Assembly (NCBI GenBank): GCA_021813505.1
Contig: JAKAKI010000071.1
Location: 45 to 64,044 of the forward strand
Source of the DNA: a bacterium
Lineage (GTDB): Bacteria > Zixibacteria > MSB-5A5 > WJJR01
Direction: 5' to 3'
Length of the DNA stretch: 64,000 bases
Below the pieces are notes generated by a model. The model was given only the letters and a program-made list of their open reading frames with translations, was not told the DNA's origin and did not search any database. The first letter of the stretch is position 1, and each line of letters opens with the position of its first letter. Below, piece after piece: positions 47,355 through 56,101 of the stretch. The translations under genes and the position numbers were made by a program.

Positions 47355-47669
47355 CGGCACCCGGTATCGGCCTTCCTTCCCCCCCGGAAGTCGACTTGCC
47401 CGCTCTTGTCCAACCTGCACCAATGTTGCAAATCGTTGCAGTCCGGTTGCGCGATTCCTGGGGGGAGGATGGCAATATGGGGAACAGGCCATTGAATTAA
47501 GATGTTATGAGCCAACGAGAAATGATGGCAACCTGCCGGGCTGAACGACCCCTGTACCGAGATTTTGCAACCTTCCCGATTGGCATGGCTCATGCGTGGT
47601 ATGTCCTCGCCAAGACCTTATCCAAGTGGTGGTTTGGTCTGGTGGCATGAAGTGTTACAGCAATGAGGC

Positions 47670-47697
47670 TTGACAAATTGGCACAATTCATTATGAT
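47670..47697 (+). promoter_or_regulatory. candidate sigma70-type promoter upstream of the giant T9SS cargo gene
   Basis: TTGACA (47670-47675), a 16-nt spacer, then TATGAT (47692-47697), in a locally AT-richer stretch about 300 nt upstream of ATG 48001. Promoter consensus for this lineage is unknown. Confidence 0.3.
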
Positions 47698-48000
47698 ATC
47701 AGAAGCAAGGCAGCCCCGCACTGCCTTCCAATGGAATGCGAGCAATTGCTCGACGAGTGATGTTGATCGGAGGCAGCAGTTCAGGATTCACGTGCCGTTC
47801 CACTGCGGGACAATAAATTCGCTTCCCCGATTTGATTTCCACCGTGCTTCGAGTTTTTATTCCCCGGCGCCAATGCGGTCTTCTGTTCATTTCATGATGG
47901 CAGAGACAGACCCTGGCTTGCCGCAACGGGATCAACACATGAGCTATCAACCGTTTGAAAATAGAAGTCAATTAATCCACCTTCAAGGAGGTCGCTGCGT

Positions 48001-51000
48001 ATGAAACGCATGCTCTGGCTCGTTGTCCTGGCCGTCCTGCTGTGCGGTACCACAGCCATGGCTGCCAACTCGGTCGTCGTGGAATCGAAGAGCGTCGCCC
48101 TGAACGCTAAAGGCGTGACGATCGGCGTTTTCGTCTCTAACGACGTCGCAATAAAGAATGTCGTCATCCCACTGGAACTTCGCTCAACTAACGGCGGAGC
48201 GTTCGTCGATAGCATGAAGCGTTCGTTCCCGACTGGTACACGCCTGGACGGTAAACTTACCGACATTCGCATCTCCAACCAACTCGATAGTGACAGCATT
48301 GGCACGTGCAAGCAGAACCAGCCCGGCGGTTACGCACGGATCATTAGCCCGGATGTCGATTCGATGATTCGGGTTCTCGGCTCCCCAGTGGCGGCGTTTT
48401 TCACTTATGGAAAGATCTTCGGCCCCGACCTCCCCGCTGGCGCAGATGGCCCGACAGCTCCCCAACTTCTAATGACGGTCAATGTGAACGGCCTGAACGG
48501 CCAGTTCATTGTCGACACAACCTGCACCAACCCGGCGAACCACTTGGTGTACGCCAGATCGACCGGCACTCCGGTCCAACTCATGCCTTCATTTACTGCC
48601 GGCGAGATCACGGTCGGCACTCCGATTCCGGATAATAGCGCCCCGGTCGCATCGGATACGACGGTGACCGGACCGGAAGACGCGAACATCAACGTGCCGC
48701 ATCTGCCGGCAACGGATGTCGATGCCGGACAAATCCTGAGCTACTTCCCGACCATCATGCCACAACATGGCGTGATCGGTGTGATGAATGGATCGACCGG
48801 CCAGTTCGTCTATACACCGAATTCCAACTACTGCGGCCCCGATTCGCTCCAGTTCATGGTTTGCGACAACGCCCCTTCCCCACTGTGTGCGACGGCCTGG
48901 GTGCATATCGATGTCACCTGCGTCAATGACGCGCCGGTCGCCAGCGACCGCGTCGTTTCGACTAACCAGAACACTCCTCTTCCTGTAGCGGCATTAACCG
49001 CAACTGATCCCGATGCCGGACAGACAAAGACATTTGCGATTCTGAGCGGACCATTCCACGGAACAGCTGACGGATTCAACTCTGCGAACGGCAGCTTCAC
49101 CTACAATCCGGCCACTGGATACTCAGGTCCTGATTCGCTCAAATTTACTGTCTGCGACGATGGCGTCCCTTCGAAGTGCGATACCGGCACGGTCCGCATC
49201 ACGGTCATCGCGGTCAACCAGCCGCCCGTGGCGATTTGCCGAGATGTCACCGTGAACGCCGGCCCGGCTTGTACAGCGGCGGCGGACGTCGACAGTGCGT
49301 CGTACGACCCGGACGGTGACCCGCTCACAAAGACATACACGCCTGCCGGTCCATATCCGAAGGGCGTTACTCCGGTCAAATTGGTTGTCGACGACGGCAA
49401 AGGCGGCAAGGATTCTTGCAACGCCAGTGTGACGGTCATCGACGCGACTCCGCCGGAGATTGCCTGCCCAACGAATGTCACCGCATACACGACGGCCGCG
49501 GGCTGCGACACGCTGATCACCTTCTCGGGTGCGCGCGCGGCGACCGCCACCGATAATTGCTCTGGCCTCGGCACGATTACCTACACGGCCCCCGGTGTCA
49601 CGATTAGCGGCAACCCACCCTCCGGCGTCTTCCCGCTGGGCACGAAGACCGTGACCGCGTCGGTGACCGACGGCGCCGGCAACACGGTGCAATGCCAGTT
49701 CAACGTAACGGTGAGCGATGTCCAGAAACCGGTCGTGGGCTGCCCGGGGAATATCACCCAGGGCAACGATCCGGGGCAGTGCGACGCGGTCGTGACGTTC
49801 TTCATTTCGGCCTCGGACAATTGCGCGATGGGCTCAATCGTTGCCACACCGCCATCGGGCTCGACATTCCCGAAAGGCACCACGCCGGTGAATGTTGTTG
49901 CGACCGACGCCGCCGGCAACAAAGACAGTTGCACGTTCAATGTGACCGTGAATGACACCACCAAGCCGGCGATCACCTGCCCGATCGATTATCAACTTAC
50001 GACCGAGCCGGGCCTGTGCACAGCGACTGCCACTTTCAGCCCGTTTGCGACGGACAATTGCCCTGGTCCGATCACGATCAGCTCGGTGCCGCCGTCAGGA
50101 TCGTCGGTTCCCAAAGGCGACAATCTCATCACGGTAACCGCGACCGATGCCTCCGGCAATCAGCAGTCGTGCTCGTTCCACGTTACCGTGATCGACAATG
50201 AAAAGCCCGTCGTTACCTGCCCGCCGACGGTGGTCGTGAATGTTCCGCACGGTTCCACAAGCGGGATCGCCACGTATAGTCCCTCCGTCTCCGACAACTG
50301 TCCTGGGGCTGGGATTGTCGCGACGCCTGCGTCAGGTTCGAGCTTCCCGCTGGGATTGAGCGACGTGAAAGTGGTGGCGACCGACGCCGCCGGCAACAAG
50401 GATTCATGCACATTCCAGGTAAGCGTGGAGGTCGGCAACTCGCCGCCGGTCTGGGATCCGGCACCGGCCCAGTCGGTCAACGAAGGCGTTAATCTGAACT
50501 TCAATGTTGCCGCGCACGATTTGGACGGAGACAATACGCTCACTCTGTCCGCGATCGACAAGCCGGCCGGCGCCAATTTCACCGACAATGGCTCGGGCAG
50601 CGGCACGTTTGACTGGACCCCGTCCTGCGCGCAGGGTGGGTCGGACTATCACGTCAAGTTCATCGCGTCGGATGGAAGCGTCGCCGAGACTGTGGATGTT
50701 GCGATTACGGTCAATGACATTCCAGAATCGCTGGTCGCGAACCCGAACTCGGTCAACTTCAACTATCAGATGGGTGCTCCGGCCCCAGCCCCGATTCCGG
50801 TCAGCCTGACCGATCCGGGTTGCAGCGGCCAGTTCTCCTGGCAGGCCTCATCCGACGCTCCCTGGCTCATCGCTGACGCCGACACCGGCACCACGCCATC
50901 GAATGTGAATGTCATAGTGGTTGCGGGCGTTCTCGGTGAGGGTGATCATACCGGCACCGTCACTTTCGGCGCGCGCGTCGCGAACAAGGCGAACTTCGTG

Positions 51001-53250
51001 CCCGTCAATTCGGTCACGGTTCACATCCACGTCGGTCCGGCCCCGCACGACTCAGTGTGGGTGACCAACGGCTCCGGCAAGCTGGGTGACACTGTGAGCC
51101 TCGACGTCAACTTCTGCAACAACCACGAAGCGACCGGCATTTCGGTCGGCTTGAAGTACTGGCCGCACATGCACTCGATCGGCGCCAGCTTTGCCGGTTC
51201 GCGCGTGGAGGGCATCAACTTCACGAGCGCCACGATCAACACCGTGGAACGCACGATCTGCATCGCGGCGATTCCGCTCCCGTCGGAGCCGCGCATCGCC
51301 GAGGGTTGCGGCAAGCTTGTGACGTTGTTCTTCGTCTATGATTCGGCCGGATATTGTCCGTTCCCGGAAAGCTCGATGGTCGAGGCGTTCCCGGTTCCCC
51401 CGGGCTGCTCGACGATGCTGACCGACACGCTTCTGGCGCAGGTCGTCCCGTCGTTCGTCCCTGGTATGATCAGCCTGATCTGCCCGCCGCGCATCTGCGG
51501 CGTCGTGACGGATCAGAGCGGCGCCCCGCAGCAGAACGCGGTGATCCAGCTCTGGAGTTCGTATCCGTCGGGCAGTGTCCTTGGCTCAGAGATCAGCGAT
51601 CCGTCTGGCAACTTCTGCCTGAGCAATCTGCCGGGCGCCGGTCCGTTTGATCTGCGCATCTTCCTGCCGAACCACTGCACCAAGATCATGACGGGTGTCG
51701 GCCCGACCGGCGAGGGTTCGCTCGACGTCGTGCTCGACCAGCTCCCGGCCGTGCCCACCGAACCGAGCTTCGCGTGGTACTGGTCGGATATCGCCGCGAT
51801 CAGCGGCGTGCCGCTATTGCCGGGCGACGTGATCACCGCGGTCGATCCCAACGGCATCGTGTGCGGCAAGACGACCGTGACTCAGGATGGCAAGTACAAC
51901 ATCTACGTTATGGGTGATGACGTTACCACGCCGGGCACGGACGAAGGCGCCCACTCTGGCGATTTGATCACTCTTTACTTGAATTGCACCTGCGCTCTGC
52001 TCGCCCCCGGAACCTGGACGGCGATGACGGGAACGCAGTTTGACGCCAACTTCGACTGCTCGTCGAAGGCGGTGGACATTCCTCTGTGCGACCCGTGGAC
52101 GCTGTTCTCCTTCAACGTGACCCCGGCCAATCCGTCGCCGGCGTCGGTGCTGTCGTCGATCGCGGGCCAATACCAGATCGTGTTCACCTCGACTTGCGCC
52201 TACGGTCCGTTGTCCTGGGATGCCAGCCGTCCGTTCAACGATCTGACCTCGATGGATCCGTTCCATGGCTTCTGGCTGAAGACCACGGGTGCGGGCGTCG
52301 GTCCGATCAGCCTCTCCGGAGTTCCCGTGCCGGTGAGCACCCCGCTCGACCTGTGCGAAGGCTGGAATCTGATCTCCTACCTGCCGGATGTTCCGGACAC
52401 GTTCAGCCACGCGCTGGGCTCGATTGACGGCGACTACTCGCACGTGTTCGGGTTCGAGTGCGGCAAGGGTTACGTGTCGTGGGATGCCAGCCGCCCGGCG
52501 TTCTTAAACGACCTGACGTGCATGCGTCCGCTGATGGGTTACTGGTTGAAGACCTCGGTCAACACGACCCTCACCTACCCGTCGGCCGGATACACCTGCA
52601 ACGAAGGCGCTCCGATCCTGAGCAAGCCGGTCAATCTGCTGGCGAATGTCACCACGACACCGTGGGTGGCGGACTTCTGGTCCGTGGCCAATAGCAGTGT
52701 GAGTGGCATTCACTCCGGTGACAACCTGACGGTCCGCACCTCTGCCGGCGTGATCTGCGGCGAGTGCCTCGCCGGTTCCGACGGCGCGTTCCTGGTCCAC
52801 GTCTACGGCGATGATCCGTCGACGGCCCAGGTCGAAGGGGCGGTCAAGGGTGAGGCGCTGACGTTCGAAATCAACAACGCCCCGGCGTCTGTCCAGTCCG
52901 GTTCGGTCGTGTGGAACGAGCGTGAGTCGGTGAAACTGGCGCTGGTCGCCGGCCAGTCGGGCGCGGTCCCGTCGGACTATGCGCTCTTGCAGAACTACCC
53001 GAACCCGTTCAATCCGTCGACGGTCATCCGGTTCCGTCTGCCGGCCGCTGCGGACGCCAAGCTGACGATCTACAACGTGCTTGGCCAGACCGTGCGCGTG
53101 CTGTTCAACGGCAATCTGTCCGCTGGTGAGCACTCGTACGAATGGAACGGCCTGAACGAAAACGGCGAGTCGGTCCAGAGTGGAATCTACTTCTACCGCC
53201 TGGAGACACCGTCGTGGGCCGATTCCAAGAAGATGACGTTCCTGAAGTAA
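48001..53250 (+). CDS. giant secreted multidomain adhesin-like protein with T9SS C-terminal sorting domain
   Basis: AAGGAGG 9 nt upstream and a signal peptide (MKRMLWLVVLAVLLCGTTAMA). Domains, in order: two cadherin/VCBS-like repeats (APVASD...TDVDAGQ); ~5 HYR-like repeats (nt ~49216-50420; D..KP...CP...C.A...F...A.DNC...GT..V...A.D..GN...C.F.V.V); a cadherin-like module; a BACON-like segment; a cohesin-like segment; a CarboxypepD_reg-like segment; and a CTD (NYPNPFNPSTVIRFRLP...GIYFYRL, nt ~52981-53247). Confidence 0.88.
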   Translation: MKRMLWLVVLAVLLCGTTAMAANSVVVESKSVALNAKGVTIGVFVSNDVAIKNVVIPLELRSTNGGAFVDSMKRSFPTGTRLDGKLTDIRISNQLDSDSIGTCKQNQPGGYARIISPDVDSMIRVLGSPVAAFFTYGKIFGPDLPAGADGPTAPQLLMTVNVNGLNGQFIVDTTCTNPANHLVYARSTGTPVQLMPSFTAGEITVGTPIPDNSAPVASDTTVTGPEDANINVPHLPATDVDAGQILSYFPTIMPQHGVIGVMNGSTGQFVYTPNSNYCGPDSLQFMVCDNAPSPLCATAWVHIDVTCVNDAPVASDRVVSTNQNTPLPVAALTATDPDAGQTKTFAILSGPFHGTADGFNSANGSFTYNPATGYSGPDSLKFTVCDDGVPSKCDTGTVRITVIAVNQPPVAICRDVTVNAGPACTAAADVDSASYDPDGDPLTKTYTPAGPYPKGVTPVKLVVDDGKGGKDSCNASVTVIDATPPEIACPTNVTAYTTAAGCDTLITFSGARAATATDNCSGLGTITYTAPGVTISGNPPSGVFPLGTKTVTASVTDGAGNTVQCQFNVTVSDVQKPVVGCPGNITQGNDPGQCDAVVTFFISASDNCAMGSIVATPPSGSTFPKGTTPVNVVATDAAGNKDSCTFNVTVNDTTKPAITCPIDYQLTTEPGLCTATATFSPFATDNCPGPITISSVPPSGSSVPKGDNLITVTATDASGNQQSCSFHVTVIDNEKPVVTCPPTVVVNVPHGSTSGIATYSPSVSDNCPGAGIVATPASGSSFPLGLSDVKVVATDAAGNKDSCTFQVSVEVGNSPPVWDPAPAQSVNEGVNLNFNVAAHDLDGDNTLTLSAIDKPAGANFTDNGSGSGTFDWTPSCAQGGSDYHVKFIASDGSVAETVDVAITVNDIPESLVANPNSVNFNYQMGAPAPAPIPVSLTDPGCSGQFSWQASSDAPWLIADADTGTTPSNVNVIVVAGVLGEGDHTGTVTFGARVANKANFVPVNSVTVHIHVGPAPHDSVWVTNGSGKLGDTVSLDVNFCNNHEATGISVGLKYWPHMHSIGASFAGSRVEGINFTSATINTVERTICIAAIPLPSEPRIAEGCGKLVTLFFVYDSAGYCPFPESSMVEAFPVPPGCSTMLTDTLLAQVVPSFVPGMISLICPPRICGVVTDQSGAPQQNAVIQLWSSYPSGSVLGSEISDPSGNFCLSNLPGAGPFDLRIFLPNHCTKIMTGVGPTGEGSLDVVLDQLPAVPTEPSFAWYWSDIAAISGVPLLPGDVITAVDPNGIVCGKTTVTQDGKYNIYVMGDDVTTPGTDEGAHSGDLITLYLNCTCALLAPGTWTAMTGTQFDANFDCSSKAVDIPLCDPWTLFSFNVTPANPSPASVLSSIAGQYQIVFTSTCAYGPLSWDASRPFNDLTSMDPFHGFWLKTTGAGVGPISLSGVPVPVSTPLDLCEGWNLISYLPDVPDTFSHALGSIDGDYSHVFGFECGKGYVSWDASRPAFLNDLTCMRPLMGYWLKTSVNTTLTYPSAGYTCNEGAPILSKPVNLLANVTTTPWVADFWSVANSSVSGIHSGDNLTVRTSAGVICGECLAGSDGAFLVHVYGDDPSTAQVEGAVKGEALTFEINNAPASVQSGSVVWNERESVKLALVAGQSGAVPSDYALLQNYPNPFNPSTVIRFRLPAAADAKLTIYNVLGQTVRVLFNGNLSAGEHSYEWNGLNENGESVQSGIYFYRLETPSWADSKKMTFLK

Positions 53251-53311
53251 CCCGATGGAAACGACAGGACAAATGATGTCATCGAGACAAACAACCAGAG
53301 ATTCAAAGGTC

Positions 53312-53340
53312 CCGTACCCCGCCAGCCAGGCGGGGTACGG
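53312..53340 (+). terminator. perfect 12-bp GC-rich hairpin after the giant gene
   Basis: CCGTACCCCGCC-AGCCA-GGCGGGGTACGG. There is no U-tract, so it may be an attenuator or stabiliser rather than a full terminator. Confidence 0.45.
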
Positions 53341-53371
53341 CCCGGCGAGTCCAGCCAAAGGGGTGTTAAAC

Positions 53372-54679
53372 GTGAACAAGGCACTGGGAAGTTTCGTGAG
53401 GGGCGCCTTGGTAGCGGGGATTGTACTGGTCACGGCTTCGTCCGGATGGGCGCAGGTCGCCGGCTCAGTTGTGAATGACGTCGGAACGGCCGTGCCGGGT
53501 GCGAGAGTCGAGATCTGGAGCACTTATCCCGGCGGCTCAATTCTGAACGCCGGGAATACAGACGGCGCAGGGGCATTCTCCCTGCCCTCCCCCGCCCCGG
53601 CGAATTTCGACCTGCGGGTCTACAAGCCGACTGCCGGCAAGCCGGAATTCTACCCGTCGGTCATCCGCAATCTGGCCAAGCCCGTGACCAACGTGCTCGC
53701 CATTCTCTCTCCGCTGGGCAGTGTCCTGGCTTCTCCCGAAGTGCGGAGCTACTGGGACACGACGTCGACCTTCCTCGGCAGCCGTCTGAAAGCCGGCGAT
53801 GTGCTGGAGGCGTATGATCCGACCGGCGTGCTGTGCGGCTTGGCGGCATCTGCCGGCAATGGCGGATTCATGATGTATGTGGTCGGCGACGATGGGATGG
53901 CGGATGGGATTCATGAAGGACCGTTCGCCGGCGAGACGATCGACTTCAAGATCAACGGCCTGCCGGCCGAGACACCGGTCGTGTGGTTCCCGCTCGGCAA
54001 TTCTCAAAATCATCACCTGGCCGGTTCGAACATCGCGTACGGCGTGACCGCAATGGGAGCGGCGGATGCCGACGGACAGCAAGGGACCAACGCCCTGCTT
54101 TCGTTCCTGTTCACCAACACCGGTTCCGTAACCGATTCGTTCACCTACTCGGCGGCTATCCCGACGGGCTGGCTGATTACCTATCCGGTGGCGAAGCTGC
54201 CCAGTCTCACGCTGGCGGCGGGCGCCACAGCGTCGGTCGATATACTGGTCCACATCCCGCCGGGAACCCCGGATCAGACGGTGATCGTGACGTTCGAAGC
54301 CTCTTCGCGCTCCCTGGGTACGATTGCGGCGGGCGTGACCACCGAACTGTCGGTGACCACACCGACCGACGTCGCTTCGGGCGATGGCGGGCTTCTGCCC
54401 TCCCAGTTCGCGCTGGCGCAGAACTATCCGAATCCATTCAACCCTGAGACGGAGATTTCCTTTAGCCTTCGGGTGGCGGGGCATGTTCGCCTCGAGATCT
54501 TCAATCTGCTCGGCCAGAGCGTGGCGGTCCTGGTGGACGGGTATCGTCCGCAGGGCGTGAGCACGGTTCATTGGGATGCTCACGACGCACGTGGCAATGT
54601 GGTGCCGACCGGTATCTACTTCTACCGGTTGACGCAGGACAATCTGTCGCAGGTCCGCAAGATGGCCCTGCTCAAGTAG
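53372..54679 (+). CDS. secreted protein with CarboxypepD_reg-like domain and T9SS C-terminal sorting domain
   Basis: GTG 53372 gives the signal peptide (M)NKALGSFVRGALVAGIVLVTASSGWAQ and lies downstream of the 53312-53340 hairpin; the track ORF starts at 53255. CTD reads NYPNPFNPETEISFSL...GIYFYRL (nt ~54408-54676). Confidence 0.8.
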   Translation: MNKALGSFVRGALVAGIVLVTASSGWAQVAGSVVNDVGTAVPGARVEIWSTYPGGSILNAGNTDGAGAFSLPSPAPANFDLRVYKPTAGKPEFYPSVIRNLAKPVTNVLAILSPLGSVLASPEVRSYWDTTSTFLGSRLKAGDVLEAYDPTGVLCGLAASAGNGGFMMYVVGDDGMADGIHEGPFAGETIDFKINGLPAETPVVWFPLGNSQNHHLAGSNIAYGVTAMGAADADGQQGTNALLSFLFTNTGSVTDSFTYSAAIPTGWLITYPVAKLPSLTLAAGATASVDILVHIPPGTPDQTVIVTFEASSRSLGTIAAGVTTELSVTTPTDVASGDGGLLPSQFALAQNYPNPFNPETEISFSLRVAGHVRLEIFNLLGQSVAVLVDGYRPQGVSTVHWDAHDARGNVVPTGIYFYRLTQDNLSQVRKMALLK

Positions 54680-54705
54680 AATTCAGTCTGCAGCACTTCC
54701 GACCC

Positions 54706-54738
54706 GAAGCCCCCGGCATCCGCCGGGGGCTTCTTTTT
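54706..54738 (+). terminator. rho-independent terminator
   Basis: GAAGCCCCCGGC-ATCC-GCCGGGGGCTTC followed by TTTTT. Confidence 0.85.
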
Positions 54739-54896
54739 GGCCGCCAGTCCACGGATTCCCCTTGCGATGAGGGTATCCGTCATGAGTATTTCGGCCTACG
54801 CCCCGGCATGCCGGCCGGGGGGAATCGGGATGATCAAGCAACAGTGGCAGATGACGGCAGGGGAAGAAATGTATCCGCTTTAAGGAGGAAATGGGA

Positions 54897-55997
54897 ATGT
54901 CGAAACACCACCGGTTAGGGAGCCCGGCATACGTGGCCATGGGTGCAATGGCCACACTGGTCATATGGGGAACTCTGAGCGCCTGGGCCGATGTGACAGT
55001 CAAGCGCACCGCCAACACCAAGGGGATGGCGGGTATACTGGACGCCGAGATCAAGTCAGAAGAATGTATCCAGGGAGAGAAGAGCTGTACGGATACCGAA
55101 ACGCGGTCGACCAACAAGGTGATGAAGTTCCTCGCCGGCAGCAAACCAGCCAAGAGCAGCTCCATCGCGCGGCTCGACAAGGATGTGATGTGGCAGGTCG
55201 ACCACAAAGGGAAGACGTATACAGAAATGACCTTCGCCGAGATGCGCGCGATGATGGATTCGCTCAAGGGCATGATGGCCGGCAACGAAGCTAAGACAGA
55301 GATCGACACCTCCGAGGTCACGTTCGCACCGCCGACATTCGAGGTCAAGCAGACCGGGGTGAAAGAAACCATTGCCGGGTATCCGTGTGCGCAATCGATC
55401 CTGACCATGACGGTCGAAGGCACGAATAAGAAGGACGGCAAGAAGTTTCAGATGGTGACCACGATGGACATGATGCTCACCAAGGACGTGCCCGGTGCCG
55501 GTGAGTTCGAGGCGTTCGGCAAGAAGATGGCCGAGAAGATGGGCCTTGGTATGGATCAGTCGGGCGCCCAGGCGATGATGTCGGCAATGGGCGCGTACGG
55601 CGTGGATGCCAAGAAACTCGCCGAGGAGGCCGCCAAGATAGAAGGATTCCCCATGCGCCAGGTTGTTCGCTTCCTCGGCCAGGGGCAGCAGTTCGCGTCT
55701 GCCGAACCGGCCAAGGAAGAAGCCGGCGACAAGGATAAGGACAAAGAGTCCGAGTCCGCCGAAGAGGACAATTCCAGCAAGAGCGATCTGGCCTCCAAAG
55801 CCCTCGGTGGACTTTTCGGCAAGAAGAAGGACAAGAAAGACAAAAAGGCCGAGGACAGCGGCAAGCCCGCCGAGGCGCCGGATAACGCGATCTTCAAGAT
55901 GACTTCGGAAGTCACGGAGATCTCGACATCGTCGGTCGCGGCCAGCAGGTTCGAAATTCCTGAGGGGTACAAGCTGAAGCCCGCTGGCAAGAAGTAG
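54897..55997 (+). CDS. hypothetical secreted protein (possibly DUF4412-like) with Lys/Asp/Glu-rich insert
   Basis: AAGGAGG upstream and a signal peptide ending SAWA. KQTGVKETIAGYPC is reminiscent of DUF4412 proteins. Low-complexity KDKDKESESAEED...KKKDKKDKKAED. Confidence 0.55.
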   Translation: MSKHHRLGSPAYVAMGAMATLVIWGTLSAWADVTVKRTANTKGMAGILDAEIKSEECIQGEKSCTDTETRSTNKVMKFLAGSKPAKSSSIARLDKDVMWQVDHKGKTYTEMTFAEMRAMMDSLKGMMAGNEAKTEIDTSEVTFAPPTFEVKQTGVKETIAGYPCAQSILTMTVEGTNKKDGKKFQMVTTMDMMLTKDVPGAGEFEAFGKKMAEKMGLGMDQSGAQAMMSAMGAYGVDAKKLAEEAAKIEGFPMRQVVRFLGQGQQFASAEPAKEEAGDKDKDKESESAEEDNSSKSDLASKALGGLFGKKKDKKDKKAEDSGKPAEAPDNAIFKMTSEVTEISTSSVAASRFEIPEGYKLKPAGKK

Positions 55998-56101
55998 TCG
56001 GACGTGGAGAATCGCGGCGCCCGGTCCTCCGGGATGGGGCGCCCAGACGGTTGACATCGAGCGGAGAAAGGTCCATCTTTCCTCGTCTTGGACGGAAACT
56101 G

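Noticed and set aside
46707-47593. A cluster of overlapping 60-165 aa ORFs on both strands that encode PLPEGEG/SPRGRGS-type peptides.
   Set aside because: They are translations of the palindromic repeat modules in all frames. There is no start context and the frames overlap mutually.
47663-48004. 113-aa ORF immediately upstream of the giant gene.
   Set aside because: No RBS, atypical composition, and no recognisable motif. It lies in the AT-richer putative promoter/leader region.
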